A DNA stretch of 64,000 nt from Rhodocyclaceae bacterium (GCA_041480065.1 JBGOZF010000019.1:1194-65193); one strand, 5' to 3'. Numbered from the stretch's first letter, positions 48,009 to 58,769 are shown. The notes: generated by a model from the letters alone, not told the origin. Numbers and translations: made by a program.

Positions 48009-48645
48009 CTCGAATGCGTCGGGATCAACCTGTGCCAGGAATGCCCAATCCTCAAAATGGAAGTCGGATTCGATTTCCGCGTCCCCGTATCACAATTGTT
48101 CAATCGTTCCAATCGCTCGAAGTCCAACCGGTCGTCTTCATGGCGTCTGTTCTGGCCGACGCCGGCGGACTGCTCCCGGTTGGCGGTCAGCGCAAGTATA
48201 TATTGTTCAGGCTATATCGAACGATATAGCTGTGAAAAATTGTTGTCGTGGCAGGTCATGGAGAATCAGGCGATAGCGGCAAGCAGTCGGCCTCCTGCGT
48301 GGAGGTGCGCCGGCACATGAAAAGCGCCCTGACGACGCGGGGCCGCACCATAAGACCAGCGGCAGCAATGGCCGATCAAGCGTCACAGAGCATTGATTCG
48401 TGAATCTCGGCTGTCGAGTGCGGACCAGATGCCCCAAGGGGCTATTCCCGTGCCTCGTCAGCGTCTCTTGATGGCCGCATGCTACCCAATCGGCGCAGCT
48501 TTCGATTCCTCTGTAAGCCCGATACTGCGCCACCGCGCATGCCTGGCGTCGATCTGCCGAAGGAACGTCCAACGACTCGAAACGAATGAAGTCGGTATAT
48601 GGTCGCGCATGTCATAGATCGCATCGAGATTGCGGAAAGGGAATC

Positions 48646-50487
48646 ATGGAATTCGTCTTTCGTCATTTAGGGCTTATTGGCGGGTTCGTCCTGATTATTG
48701 CAGCTGCGTTCTTTTGGAAGGCACTCCTGTGGCTATTTGGCGTCATCATCGTTCCCGACGACAGCGTCGGAACCGTAACCAAGAAGTTCGTCATCTTTGG
48801 TGCCAACCGCAACCTTCCCGACGGGCAGATCATTGCGCTCGAAGGCGAAGCGGGTTATCAGGCAGACACCCTGCCGCCGGGTTTGCACATCGGCCTGTGG
48901 TCATGGCAGTACACCGTTGAACTCGTCAAGTTCCTCACGGTGCCGCAAGGTTCGGTCGGCGTCGTGCAGGCTTGCGACGGCAAGCCGCTGCCCAGCGGAC
49001 GCGTCATCGCCAAGGGTGTCGAGTGCGAATCCTACCAAGACGCCAAGGCGTTCTTCGCGGGAGGCGGCGAGCGCGGTCCGCAAATGAAAGTCATCCCGCC
49101 CGGGACATACCGCGTCAATCCGATACTTTACGAGGTGCAACTGGCCGACGTGATCAACATTCCCGAGAACAAGGTTGGCATCGTCACCACAAGCGAAGGC
49201 CAACCGCTGCCCACCGGCGAGATCGCAGGCGAGAAGATCGAATCACACAACATGTTCCAGGATCCCGATCTTTTCGTGGCCAACGGCGGATACAAGGGCC
49301 TGCAGGAACAAGTGCTTCTTGCCGGGCGCTACTTTCTGAATCCGCGTTTCGCGGCCGTCGAGATCGTCGACATGATCACGGTGCCCATTGCCACCGTCGG
49401 CGTGGTCATCGCCTACGTCGGCAAGGAGGGCAAGGACGTCACCGGCGATACCTTCAGGCATGGAAATCTCGTATCCAAAGGCGAAAAGGGCGTGTGGGTC
49501 GATCCGCTTGACCCCGGCAAGTACCCCATCAACCCCTACACCCACAAGGTGGTCAACGTCCCGACGGCGAACGTCGTGCTGAACTGGGCTACCGGCAAGA
49601 CGGAAGCGCACCACCTCGATGCCAACCTGTCCACAATCACCGTGCGCTCCGCCGATGGCTTCAAGTTCAATCTGGATGTATCTCAGATCATCCACATCCC
49701 GCGCAACGATGCGCCGAAGGTCATCGCCCGTTTCGGCGACATGAGTGCGCTTGTGACCCAGGTGCTTGAGCCGACCATCGGCAACTACTTCCGCAATGCC
49801 GCGCAAGGCAGCGACATTATCGATTTCCTCAGGAACCGCTCCGTCCGCCAGACTGAGGCCCGCGATTCGATCTCGGCCGCGCTCAAGGAATATAACGTCG
49901 GCGCCGTCGACACGCTGATCGGCGATATCGTTCCGCCCGACGAACTCATGCGCACCTTGACCGACCGCAAGATCGCGGAGCAGGAGCGAGTCACGTACGA
50001 GACCCAGCGGCAGGCACAGGGTGTCCGCCAGGAACTCGAACAGGCCACTGCCCTCGCCGATACCCAGGCGCGTGTGGTCGACGCTGAGCGGAAAGTCACC
50101 ATCGCCGAGTTCGAGGCGCGCGCCACCGTCAAGTCTGCCGAAGGCAATGCCAAGTCCAAGACGATCAACGCCGAGGCGGATGCCACCGTGCTGCGTACCG
50201 TGGGCGAGGCGGGAGGGGCCAAGATCCTGGCCGTCGGCGGCGCCGAGGCGAAGGTCATCCAGCAGAAGGTGAGTTCGATGGAAGCCGGGAACTATGCCGT
50301 CGTTCAGGTGGCCGAGTCACTTGCCAAGGGCGGCATCAAGATCGTCCCCGATATTGTCGCCGGCGGCGCAGATGGCTTGGGCGGCGGATTCGTCAACGTC
50401 CTGCTCGGCAATATGATCCACCAGGACTACGTCAAGCGCCAGGCGGCTGCACCCGGCACTACCGGCAATGGCGCACGCGAGACATGA
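48646..50487 (+). CDS. Flotillin-like SPFH/band-7 protein with N-terminal TM and a long N-terminal repeat-containing extension
   Basis: RBS aaaggg, then ATG. TM GLIGGFVLIIAAAFFWKALLWLFGVIIV. SPFH core (ITVRSADGFKFNLDVSQIIHIPRNDAPKVIARFG...). Flotillin-type A/E-rich coiled coil (AEQERVTYETQRQAQG...AEADATVLRTVGEAGGAKI). Lower G+C than the flanks. Confidence 0.7.
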   Translation: MEFVFRHLGLIGGFVLIIAAAFFWKALLWLFGVIIVPDDSVGTVTKKFVIFGANRNLPDGQIIALEGEAGYQADTLPPGLHIGLWSWQYTVELVKFLTVPQGSVGVVQACDGKPLPSGRVIAKGVECESYQDAKAFFAGGGERGPQMKVIPPGTYRVNPILYEVQLADVINIPENKVGIVTTSEGQPLPTGEIAGEKIESHNMFQDPDLFVANGGYKGLQEQVLLAGRYFLNPRFAAVEIVDMITVPIATVGVVIAYVGKEGKDVTGDTFRHGNLVSKGEKGVWVDPLDPGKYPINPYTHKVVNVPTANVVLNWATGKTEAHHLDANLSTITVRSADGFKFNLDVSQIIHIPRNDAPKVIARFGDMSALVTQVLEPTIGNYFRNAAQGSDIIDFLRNRSVRQTEARDSISAALKEYNVGAVDTLIGDIVPPDELMRTLTDRKIAEQERVTYETQRQAQGVRQELEQATALADTQARVVDAERKVTIAEFEARATVKSAEGNAKSKTINAEADATVLRTVGEAGGAKILAVGGAEAKVIQQKVSSMEAGNYAVVQVAESLAKGGIKIVPDIVAGGADGLGGGFVNVLLGNMIHQDYVKRQAAAPGTTGNGARET

Positions 50488-50518
50488 TTTCTCGCTCCAC
50501 TCACCCGGCCGACCGCCC

Positions 50519-52528
50519 TTATGCCGCCTCAAACTCCACCAGTTCCGCGCCGTCGCTGACCTGCTCGCCGACGGCATAACGGAAACTCTTGACGATGCCG
50601 TCGCTGGGCGCGGCGATGGTGTGTTCCATCTTCATGGCTTCGAGAATCAGGAGCGGCGCGCCCTTGGCGATCTTCTCGCCGGGTTTGGCGATCAGGGCGA
50701 TGATCTTGCCGGGCATCGGCGCCGTGAGGCCGCCTTCGGCGCCGCCGGCATCGAGCGAATGTGAAAGCGGATCGACGGCGGCAAGCACGTGGCAGCGGCC
50801 GTGCAGGAAAACATGGCGCTTCTCGGCGGCGACGACGACGGTGACGCTGCTCCGCGAGCCGCCGAGGTCGGCACGCAGTTCGCCGCCGGGCAGCAGTTGG
50901 CCGCCGGCGCGCGTGGGCTGGCCGTCGATCTCGAGTACGAATTCGCGGCCGGCGTAGGCCACCTGGATAATCTTCTCGGTCTGCTCGCAACGGAAGGCGA
51001 GGCTGCGCCGCGCGACGCTGTTCAGGCGCCAGCCGTCGCGGCCGTGCCAGGGCGAATGCGGATCGCCGCCGGCCGCGGCAAGCTGCGCCGCCGTCGCGCG
51101 CTCGCGCAAGAGCTCGGCCAGGGCCGCGGCAAGCCAGGCTTCGCGCGGCGGCTCGGTGGTACCGCCGAACAGGAATTCCCTTTCCCTTTCGATCAGGCCG
51201 GTATCGAGGTCGGCCTGGGCGAAGGCCGGACAGGCGATGAGCTTCGAAAGGAAGCCGACATTGTTGGCGACCCCGACGACGCGATACTGCGCCAGGGCTT
51301 GCAACATGCGCGCGAGCGCCCTTTCGCGGGTTTCATCCCAGACGATCAGCTTGGCGATCATCGGGTCGTAGTGCGACGAGATCTCGTCGCCCTGCTCGAC
51401 CCCGGTATCGACGCGCACGTGCAGCGACTCGGCCGGCGGCGCCAGATGGGTCAGTCTTCCCGTTGACGGGAGGAAGCCCTTGTCGGGATCCTCGGCGTAG
51501 ATGCGCGCCTCCAGCGCATGGCCGCGAATGGCGAGTTGTTCCTGCGCCAGCGGCAGCGGCTCGCCGGCGGCGACGCGCAACTGCCATTCGACGAGATCGA
51601 GCCCGGTGATCATCTCCGTGACCGGGTGTTCGACCTGGAGACGGGTGTTCATTTCCATGAAGTAGAAGGTGCCGCTCATTTCGTCTGTCGTGTCGACGAT
51701 GAACTCGACCGTGCCGGCACCGACGTAACCGACGGCCCGCGCCGCCTCGACGGCCGCCTTGCCCATCGCCGCACGGCGCGCGGCGCTCATGCCCGGCGCC
51801 GGTGCTTCCTCCAGCACCTTCTGGTGGCGGCGTTGCACCGAGCAGTCACGCTCGAAGAGATGCACGACGTTGCCGCCCCAGTCGGCGAACACCTGTATCT
51901 CGATATGGCGCGGGCGCTGGAGGTACTTCTCGACCAGCACGCGCTCGTCGCCGAAACTCGACGCCGCTTCGCGCTTGCACGAGGCCAGGGCATCGGCAAA
52001 CTCGCCAGCGGCGCGGACGATGCGCATGCCCTTGCCGCCGCCGCCTGCGGAAGCCTTGATCAGCACCGGGTAGCCGATGACCTCGGCCTCCCATGCCAGC
52101 ATTTGCGGATCCTGATCGTCGCCGTGGTAGCCCGGCACCAGCGGCACGCCGGCTTCCGCCATCAACATCTTGGCCGCCGCCTTCGAGCCCATGGCACGTA
52201 GCGCCGCGGCCGGCGGCCCGATGAAGACCATGCCGGCCTGCTCGCAGGCGAGCGCGAAATGCTCGTTCTCGGACAGAAAGCCGTAACCCGGATGAATCGC
52301 TTCGGCGCCGGTCTCGCGCGCGGCGGCGATGATGCGTTCGATCGACAGGTACGATTCGCGCGCCTCCGCCGGACCGATCGCTACAGCCTCGTCGGCCAGC
52401 CGGACATGGCGGGCGCCGACATCGGCCTCGGAATAGACCGCGACCGTGCGGATGCCCATCTGCCGCGCCGTGCGGATGACGCGGCAGGCGATCTCTCCCC
52501 TGTTAGCGATCAGGATCTTGCCGAACAC
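50519..52528 (-). CDS. liuD: Methylcrotonyl-CoA carboxylase alpha subunit (biotin carboxylase + biotinyl domain)
   Basis: ATP-grasp biotin carboxylase motifs across the length. C-terminal biotin attachment EAMKMEH. Sits in the liu cluster. Confidence 0.85.
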   Translation of the reverse strand: MFGKILIANRGEIACRVIRTARQMGIRTVAVYSEADVGARHVRLADEAVAIGPAEARESYLSIERIIAAARETGAEAIHPGYGFLSENEHFALACEQAGMVFIGPPAAALRAMGSKAAAKMLMAEAGVPLVPGYHGDDQDPQMLAWEAEVIGYPVLIKASAGGGGKGMRIVRAAGEFADALASCKREAASSFGDERVLVEKYLQRPRHIEIQVFADWGGNVVHLFERDCSVQRRHQKVLEEAPAPGMSAARRAAMGKAAVEAARAVGYVGAGTVEFIVDTTDEMSGTFYFMEMNTRLQVEHPVTEMITGLDLVEWQLRVAAGEPLPLAQEQLAIRGHALEARIYAEDPDKGFLPSTGRLTHLAPPAESLHVRVDTGVEQGDEISSHYDPMIAKLIVWDETRERALARMLQALAQYRVVGVANNVGFLSKLIACPAFAQADLDTGLIEREREFLFGGTTEPPREAWLAAALAELLRERATAAQLAAAGGDPHSPWHGRDGWRLNSVARRSLAFRCEQTEKIIQVAYAGREFVLEIDGQPTRAGGQLLPGGELRADLGGSRSSVTVVVAAEKRHVFLHGRCHVLAAVDPLSHSLDAGGAEGGLTAPMPGKIIALIAKPGEKIAKGAPLLILEAMKMEHTIAAPSDGIVKSFRYAVGEQVSDGAELVEFEAA

Positions 52529-52534
52529 TCGGCG

Positions 52535-53323
52535 CTACTCCGCAACCCAGGACGGACGGCGCTTGTCCAGGAAGGCGGCGACACCTTCGCGGCCTTCGTC
52601 GGAGGCACGCGCCCGGGCGATGCGCCTTGCGGTATCGTCCATCAACTCGGCGTCGAGCGGCCGATTGACGACGGCGCGGACGAGGTCCTTGCATTCCCCG
52701 ATCGCGCGTGGCCCGTTCTGCAGCAGGGCGGTGACGATCTGGCCGACCGCGTCGTCGAGCCCGGCTTCATCGGCCACCATTTCGTGGATCAGGCCGATGC
52801 GATACGCCTCGGAGGCGGAGAAGCTCTCGCCCGTCAACATGTAGCGACGTGCGTGCCGCGTACCCATGGCAGCGATCACGTAGGGGCTGATCACCGCGGG
52901 GATCAGGCCGAGCCGCACTTCCGAGAAGCAGAACTGGGCTTCGAAGGTAGCAACGGCGATATCGCAGGCGGCCACCAGGCCGACGCCGCCGCCGTAGGCC
53001 GGCCCCTGGACGCGGGCGATGGTCGGCTTGGGGATGGTGGCAATGCGCTTGAGCATTTCGGCCATCACGCGGGCGTCGCGCTGGTTCTCTTCCGTGCTCA
53101 GTGCGGCGGCATCGCGCATCCAGCCGAGATCGGCCCCGGCGCAGAAGCTCTTGCCGGTGGACGAGAGCACGACGACGCGCACGCTGTCGTCACGGCCCAT
53201 GACGCCGAGGGCGCGCACCATTTCCTGAATCAGCACGTCGTCGAACGCGTTGTGGCGATCCGCCCGGTTGAGGGTAATGATGCCGACGCCGCTGTCGATC
53301 TCGGTAACGATGTTCTTGTACAT
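52535..53323 (-). CDS. liuC: Methylglutaconyl-CoA hydratase (enoyl-CoA hydratase/crotonase family)
   Basis: Crotonase fold with oxyanion region SFCAGADL and GGGVGLVAACDIAVA. Confidence 0.8.
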   Translation of the reverse strand: MYKNIVTEIDSGVGIITLNRADRHNAFDDVLIQEMVRALGVMGRDDSVRVVVLSSTGKSFCAGADLGWMRDAAALSTEENQRDARVMAEMLKRIATIPKPTIARVQGPAYGGGVGLVAACDIAVATFEAQFCFSEVRLGLIPAVISPYVIAAMGTRHARRYMLTGESFSASEAYRIGLIHEMVADEAGLDDAVGQIVTALLQNGPRAIGECKDLVRAVVNRPLDAELMDDTARRIARARASDEGREGVAAFLDKRRPSWVAE

Positions 53324-53332
53324 GTCGGTCCC

Positions 53333-54940
53333 TTACATCCTGAATACGCCGAAGTTCGTCTTGCCGATCGGCGCGTTGAGCGCCGCCGACAGGCCCAGGC
53401 CCATGACGCGCCGGGTCTGCAATGGGTCCAGTATGCCATCGTCCCACAGGCGCGCGCTCGCGAAATAGGGATGGCCCTGGCTTTCGTACTGCTCGCGGAT
53501 CGGCGCCTTGAACGCTTCCTCCTCGTCGGCCGGCCAGGTCTTGCCCGCCGCTTCGAGGCCGTCGCGTTTGACGGTGGCCAGCACCGAGGCGGCCTGCTCG
53601 CCGCCCATGACCGAGATGCGCGCATTCGGCCACATCCACAGGAAGCGCGGCGAGTAGGCCCGCCCGCACATGCCGTAGTTGCCGGCGCCGAAGGAGCCGC
53701 CGATGATCAACGTGAGCTTCGGCACCGCGGCAGTCGCCACCGCGGTCACCATCTTGGCGCCGTCGCGGGCGATGCCGGCGTTCTCGTACTTCCTGCCGAC
53801 CATGAAGCCGGTGATGTTCTGCAGGAACACCAGCGGGATGCTGCGCTGCGCGCACAGCTCGATGAAATGGGCACCCTTGAGCGCCGATTCCGAGAACAGG
53901 ATGCCGTTGTTGGCGACGATGCCGACCGGGTAGCCGTAGAGGCGCGCGAAGCCGGTCACCAGCGTGGTGCCATAGCGCGCCTTGAATTCGTCGAAGCGCG
54001 AACCGTCGACCAGGCGGGCGATGACTTCGCGCACGTCGTAGGGCTTGCGCGTATCGGCGGGAATCACGCCGTAGAGTTCGGCCGGGTCGTAGAGCGGCTC
54101 TTCGGGCGTCGCCAGATCGAGCGTCACTTCCTTGCGCCAATTGAGGTTGCCGACGATGCGCCGGGCGATCGAGAGCGCGTGATGATCGTTCTCGGCCAGG
54201 TGATCGGCAACGCCGGAGATGCGCGTATGCACGTCGCCGCCACCGAGGTCTTCGGACGTCACCACTTCGCCGGTGGCGGCCTTCACCAGCGGCGGGCCGC
54301 CGAGGAAGATGGTGCCCTGGTTGCGCACGATCACGGCTTCGTCCGACATCGCCGGCACGTAGGCGCCGCCTGCCGTGCAGGAGCCCATGACCACGGAGAT
54401 TTGTGGGATGCCCTGGGCGGAGAGGTTGGCCTGGTTGTAGAAGATGCGACCGAAGTGGTCGCGGTCGGGAAAGACTTCGTCCTGCATCGGCAGGTTGGCG
54501 CCGCCCGAGTCGACCAGGTAGATGCAGGGCAGGCGATTCGCGGCGGCGATCTCCTGGGCGCGCAGATGCTTCTTCACCGTCATCGGGTAATACGATCCGC
54601 CCTTGACCGTGGCGTCGTTGGCGACGATGACGCACTCGACACCCGAGACGCGGCCAACGCCGGTCACCAAACCCGCCGATGCAATGTCACCACGGTAGAG
54701 ATTCCACGCCGCAAGAGGCGAGAGTTCGAGGAAGGACGCGCCCGGATCGATCAACTGGTCGATGCGGTCGCGTGCCAACAGCTTTCCGCGCGCGAGGTGC
54801 TTCTGGCGCGCCTCCTCCGAGCCGCCGCGGCTGACCAGCGCCGTCTTCTCGCGCAGGTCGGCGACCAGCGCGTTCATGGCCGCTGCCGCCGCGCGGTACT
54901 CTTCGGAACGCGTGTCGAGGCGGGACTTGATGACGCTCAT
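53333..54940 (-). CDS. liuB: Methylcrotonyl-CoA carboxylase beta subunit (carboxyltransferase)
   Basis: 535-aa carboxyltransferase with the typical N and C subdomains ([19 protein letters not shown]...). Confidence 0.85.
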   Translation of the reverse strand: MSVIKSRLDTRSEEYRAAAAAMNALVADLREKTALVSRGGSEEARQKHLARGKLLARDRIDQLIDPGASFLELSPLAAWNLYRGDIASAGLVTGVGRVSGVECVIVANDATVKGGSYYPMTVKKHLRAQEIAAANRLPCIYLVDSGGANLPMQDEVFPDRDHFGRIFYNQANLSAQGIPQISVVMGSCTAGGAYVPAMSDEAVIVRNQGTIFLGGPPLVKAATGEVVTSEDLGGGDVHTRISGVADHLAENDHHALSIARRIVGNLNWRKEVTLDLATPEEPLYDPAELYGVIPADTRKPYDVREVIARLVDGSRFDEFKARYGTTLVTGFARLYGYPVGIVANNGILFSESALKGAHFIELCAQRSIPLVFLQNITGFMVGRKYENAGIARDGAKMVTAVATAAVPKLTLIIGGSFGAGNYGMCGRAYSPRFLWMWPNARISVMGGEQAASVLATVKRDGLEAAGKTWPADEEEAFKAPIREQYESQGHPYFASARLWDDGILDPLQTRRVMGLGLSAALNAPIGKTNFGVFRM

Positions 54941-55543
54941 TCAAAAGCCTCCGTTCTCAAGCCACTTCTCGATCTGGGGCAGGCGGTCCGCACCCCAGAA
55001 GACTTCGCCATCGACGACGATCCAGGGCGCGCCGAAAACGCCGGCGGCGATCGCCGCATCGGTCTCGCGCCGAAGACGTTCCTTCAGTTCGGTGGAGGCA
55101 AGCGCCGCCGAGAGCGCGTTCTTGTCGACGCCCATCGCCGCCGCGATGTCGAGCACCGTCGCCGGCGCGGAGATGTCACGGTCGTCGACGTAGAAGGCGC
55201 GAAAGACGGCATGGGCGAACTGCCGGGCCTCGGCGTCGTCGTGATCCTGCATCCAGTAGAAGGCGCGCGCGGCCTGCTGGGTGGGCAACGGAAAACTCGA
55301 GGGGAAGCGAAACGGTATGCCCATGAAGCGGGCCGAGCGGGCCATGTCGTTCGGCGCGTACTTTTCCTGGGCCGGCTGCTTGACCAGAGAAGCCGTACCC
55401 CAGTGCTGGAAGATCACGCCCAGCAACAGCGGTCGCCAGAGCACCTCACGGCCATGACGGGCCGCCAGGGCATCGATCTTCTCGCTGGCGAGATATGAGT
55501 ACGGCGACGAGAAATCGAAGTGAAACGTTATCGCTTCGGCCAC
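54941..55543 (-). CDS. DsbA-like thioredoxin-fold protein, 2-hydroxychromene-2-carboxylate isomerase family
   Basis: ITFHFDFSSPYSYLA near the N-terminus and overall HCCA-isomerase/DsbA-like pattern. Commonly embedded in liu clusters. Confidence 0.65.
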   Translation of the reverse strand: MAEAITFHFDFSSPYSYLASEKIDALAARHGREVLWRPLLLGVIFQHWGTASLVKQPAQEKYAPNDMARSARFMGIPFRFPSSFPLPTQQAARAFYWMQDHDDAEARQFAHAVFRAFYVDDRDISAPATVLDIAAAMGVDKNALSAALASTELKERLRRETDAAIAAGVFGAPWIVVDGEVFWGADRLPQIEKWLENGGF

Positions 55544-55561
55544 GCCTGTCCCTTTGCCATT

Positions 55562-56698
55562 CTAGTTGTCGACCAGTGCCCTGCCGATGACCAGGCGCTG
55601 GATGTCGGACGTTCCCTCGTAGATCTGGCAGACGCGAACGTCACGATAAATGCGTTCGACCGGGAAGTCGGTCACGACGCCGTAGCCGCCATGGATCTGT
55701 ATGGCGTCAGAGCATACCCGTTCGGCCATCTCCGAGGCAAACAACTTGGCCATGCTGGCCTCCTTGAGACAGGGCTCGCCGGCGTCCTTGAGGCTGGCGG
55801 CATGCCACACCAGTTGCCGCGCCGCTTCGATATTCGTGGCCATGTCGGCGAGCCGGAAGCTCACCGCCTGGTGCTCGATGATCGGCTTGCCGAAGGCCTC
55901 GCGCTCGCGGCCATAGGCAAGTGCGGCCTCCAGCGCCGATCGGGCCATGCCGACGCTCTGCGAGGCGATGCCGATGCGGCCGGCTTCGAGGTTGGAAAGC
56001 GCGATCCGGTAGCCCTCGCCTTCGCGGCCGAGCAGGCAATCGGCCGGGATGCGGCAGTCCTCGAGCAGGATCTGCGCGGTATCGGAGGCATGCTGGCCGA
56101 GCTTCTCCTCGATGCGGGCGACGACGTAACCCGGCGTGTCCGTCGGCACGACGAAGCAGGAGATGCCCTTCTTGCCCGCGGCCGGATCGGTGACGGCGAA
56201 GACGATGGCGATCTGCGCGTTCTTGCCGGAGGTGATGAACTGCTTGACGCCGTTCAGCACCCAGCCGTCGCCGTCCTTGACTGCCTTGGTCTTGATGGCC
56301 GCCGCGTCCGAGCCGACGTGCGGCTCGGTGAGGCAGAAGCAGCCCAGCAGTTCGCCCGACGCCGCGCCCTTGAGCCAGCGTGCCTTCTGCGCGTCATTGC
56401 CGTACTTCATGAGGATGCCGCAGACCAGCGAGTTCTGCACCGAGAGGATGGTCGAGGTGGCGCCGTCGCCGGCGGCGATCTCCTCCAGCGCGATGGCGAG
56501 CGAGAAATAGTCGAGTCCCGCGCCGCCCCACTGCTCGGGCACCACCATGCCCCAGGCGCCGAGACCAGCGAGTTCCCTCAAGGCATCACTCGGGAAGCTC
56601 GCCTGCCGGTCGCGCTCGGCGGCGAAGGGCGCCAGGCGTTCGCGGGCGAAGTCGCGCATCATGTCGCGGATCATGCGCTGGGATTCGTTGAGGATCAT
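55562..56698 (-). CDS. Acyl-CoA dehydrogenase, short/branched-chain type
   Basis: Full-length ACAD. Catalytic-base region YEGTSDIQRLVIGRAL. Strong resemblance to SCAD/SBCAD-type enzymes. Confidence 0.8.
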   Translation of the reverse strand: MILNESQRMIRDMMRDFARERLAPFAAERDRQASFPSDALRELAGLGAWGMVVPEQWGGAGLDYFSLAIALEEIAAGDGATSTILSVQNSLVCGILMKYGNDAQKARWLKGAASGELLGCFCLTEPHVGSDAAAIKTKAVKDGDGWVLNGVKQFITSGKNAQIAIVFAVTDPAAGKKGISCFVVPTDTPGYVVARIEEKLGQHASDTAQILLEDCRIPADCLLGREGEGYRIALSNLEAGRIGIASQSVGMARSALEAALAYGREREAFGKPIIEHQAVSFRLADMATNIEAARQLVWHAASLKDAGEPCLKEASMAKLFASEMAERVCSDAIQIHGGYGVVTDFPVERIYRDVRVCQIYEGTSDIQRLVIGRALVDN

Positions 56699-57591
56699 GC
56701 TTGCACCTTTCTAGCGGAGTATTGGGTGAGCGCCACGCCCGCGAGCACCAGCAGGCCGCCGAACAGAACCGATGGCCCGGGCCGTTCGTCGAGCAACCAC
56801 GCGGCCTGCAGCACTGCGGCCACCGGCACCAAGTTGATGAATATCGAGGCACGCGCGGCGCCGATCTTCTGCACGCCTTGATTGAACCACGTGAAGCCAA
56901 GCGTGGTGCCGAGCAGGCCGAGAAACAGCAGCGCTGCCCAGGAACGCGGCGAGTAGTCAGGCGCGAGGTCGCCGGGCGCATGCGTCAGCGCCACCGCCAG
57001 CAGCATGAGCCAGCCGGCGACCGAAGCATAGGTGGTGGCCACGAGCGGCGAGATCGTGCGCATGGCCACGCGACCGATCAGCGTGTAGCTGGCCCAGAGA
57101 AGCGCGCAGGCGAGGATTAGCAGTTCGCCCTGACCGATGTCGCCGGCAAGCGGCGCCAGCGGCGAGCCCTTGCCGATCACGGTCAGGCAGCCTACCAGCG
57201 CCACCGCGCTGCCGAGCGCTTTCAGCCGCGTCATCGGCTCGCCCAGCAGCAGCCAGGCGCCGAGCGTCACCACGACCGGGTTCAACGCCACGACGAGCGC
57301 GCCGCGGCCCGCGGCCATATGTTGCATGCCGAACAGGAAGCAGATGTTGTAGAGGAAAATGCCGGTGGCACCGAGTGCCAGCACCTGGAGCGCCTCGCGG
57401 CGGGTGAGCGGCAGCAGGCGGCGGTAGTGCCAGAGCACGAGGCCTCCTAGGCTGACCACCGCGAACAGGAAGCGCCAGACCGCTGCGGCCAGCGGCGGCA
57501 CCTCCTGAACGACGACGCGTGCCGCGATCCAGGTGCCGCCCCAGAAGAACATCGTCAGCGCCAGCTTGAAGTAGGTCGGCGCCGGATTCAC
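56695..57591 (-). CDS. DMT-superfamily (EamA-like) transporter
   Basis: Ten TM helices in two EamA repeats. GTG start overlapping the thiolase stop. Stop overlaps the ACAD start. Confidence 0.65.
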   Translation of the reverse strand: MNPAPTYFKLALTMFFWGGTWIAARVVVQEVPPLAAAVWRFLFAVVSLGGLVLWHYRRLLPLTRREALQVLALGATGIFLYNICFLFGMQHMAAGRGALVVALNPVVVTLGAWLLLGEPMTRLKALGSAVALVGCLTVIGKGSPLAPLAGDIGQGELLILACALLWASYTLIGRVAMRTISPLVATTYASVAGWLMLLAVALTHAPGDLAPDYSPRSWAALLFLGLLGTTLGFTWFNQGVQKIGAARASIFINLVPVAAVLQAAWLLDERPGPSVLFGGLLVLAGVALTQYSARKVQA

Positions 57592-58769
57592 ACCATCTCG
57601 ACCGCCAGCGCCACGGCCTCGCCGCCGCCGATGCACAGGCTGGCGACACCGCGCTTGCCGCCGTATTTCTTCAGGGCGCCGAGCAGCGTCACCAGGATGC
57701 GGCAACCTGAAGCGCCGATGGGATGACCGAGCGCGCAGGCGCCGCCATGAACATTCACCCGGTCGGCCGGCAGCTTGAGATCGTGCAGCGCCGCCATGGT
57801 GACGACGGCGAAGGCCTCGTTGATCTCCCAGTAGTCGACGTCGGCGACGTTCCAGCCCGTCTTGGCCAGAAGCTTCTGCATGGCTGCCACGGGCGCGGTG
57901 GTGAACCAGGCCGGCTCCTGGGCGTGCGTGGCGTGACCGAGGATGCGCGCAAGCGGCGTAAGCCCGAGTGCCTTCGCCTTCGATTCGCGCATCAGCACCA
58001 CGGCCGCGGCGCCGTCGGAGATCGACGACGAGTTGGCGGCCGTCACGGTGCCGTCCTTCTTGAAGGCGGGTTTCAGGTTCGGGATCTTGTCGAGTTGCGC
58101 CTTCGGCGGCTGCTCGTCCTTATCGACGACCACGTCGCCCTTCTTGCCGGCAACGGTGACCGGAGCGATCTCCCAGGCGAAGGAGCCATCCTTGATTGCG
58201 TTCTGCGCGCGCGTGGTGGAGCGGACGGCAAAGTCGTCCTGGTCCTTGCGCGTGAAGCCGTACTTCTCGGCGCAGACCTCGGCGAAGGTGCCCATCAGGC
58301 GGCCTTTCTCGTAGGCATCCTCGAGGCCGTCGAAGAACATGTGGTCGAGTACCTGGCCGTGGCCCAGGCGCATGCCGCCGCGCGCCTTGGGCAACAGGTA
58401 GGGCGCATTGCTCATCGACTCCATGCCGCCAGCGACGCCGATCTCGTAGCTGCCGGCGAGCAGGCTGTCGTGCATCAGCATCACGGACTTCAGCGCCGAG
58501 CCGCAAACCTTGTGCACCGTGGTGCAGCCGGCCGAAAGCGGCAGTCCCGCACCGATCGCCGCCTGGCGCGCCGGTGCCTGGCCGACGCCCGCCTGGAGCA
58601 CGTTGCCGAAGACGACTTCCTCGATCTGCTCGGGCTTCAGGCCGGCACGCTCGACGGCTGCCTTGATGGCGACGGCGCCCAGTTGCGGCGCGGTCAGCGA
58701 ATTGAAGTCGCCCTGAAAACCGCCCATCGGAGTACGCGCGGCGGAAACAATGACTATGGGGTCTTGCAT
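57588..58769 (-). CDS. Acetyl-CoA C-acetyltransferase (thiolase II)
   Basis: MQDPIVIVSAARTPMGGFQG... Active-site Cys region and C-terminal NVHGGACALGHPIGASGCRIL. Confidence 0.85.
   Translation of the reverse strand: MQDPIVIVSAARTPMGGFQGDFNSLTAPQLGAVAIKAAVERAGLKPEQIEEVVFGNVLQAGVGQAPARQAAIGAGLPLSAGCTTVHKVCGSALKSVMLMHDSLLAGSYEIGVAGGMESMSNAPYLLPKARGGMRLGHGQVLDHMFFDGLEDAYEKGRLMGTFAEVCAEKYGFTRKDQDDFAVRSTTRAQNAIKDGSFAWEIAPVTVAGKKGDVVVDKDEQPPKAQLDKIPNLKPAFKKDGTVTAANSSSISDGAAAVVLMRESKAKALGLTPLARILGHATHAQEPAWFTTAPVAAMQKLLAKTGWNVADVDYWEINEAFAVVTMAALHDLKLPADRVNVHGGACALGHPIGASGCRILVTLLGALKKYGGKRGVASLCIGGGEAVALAVEMV

Noticed and set aside
52259-55498. 1079-aa plus-strand ORF spanning liuC/liuB/DsbA-like genes in antisense
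   Set aside because: Composition typical of GC-rich antisense frames. All three sense-strand genes have clear family signatures.
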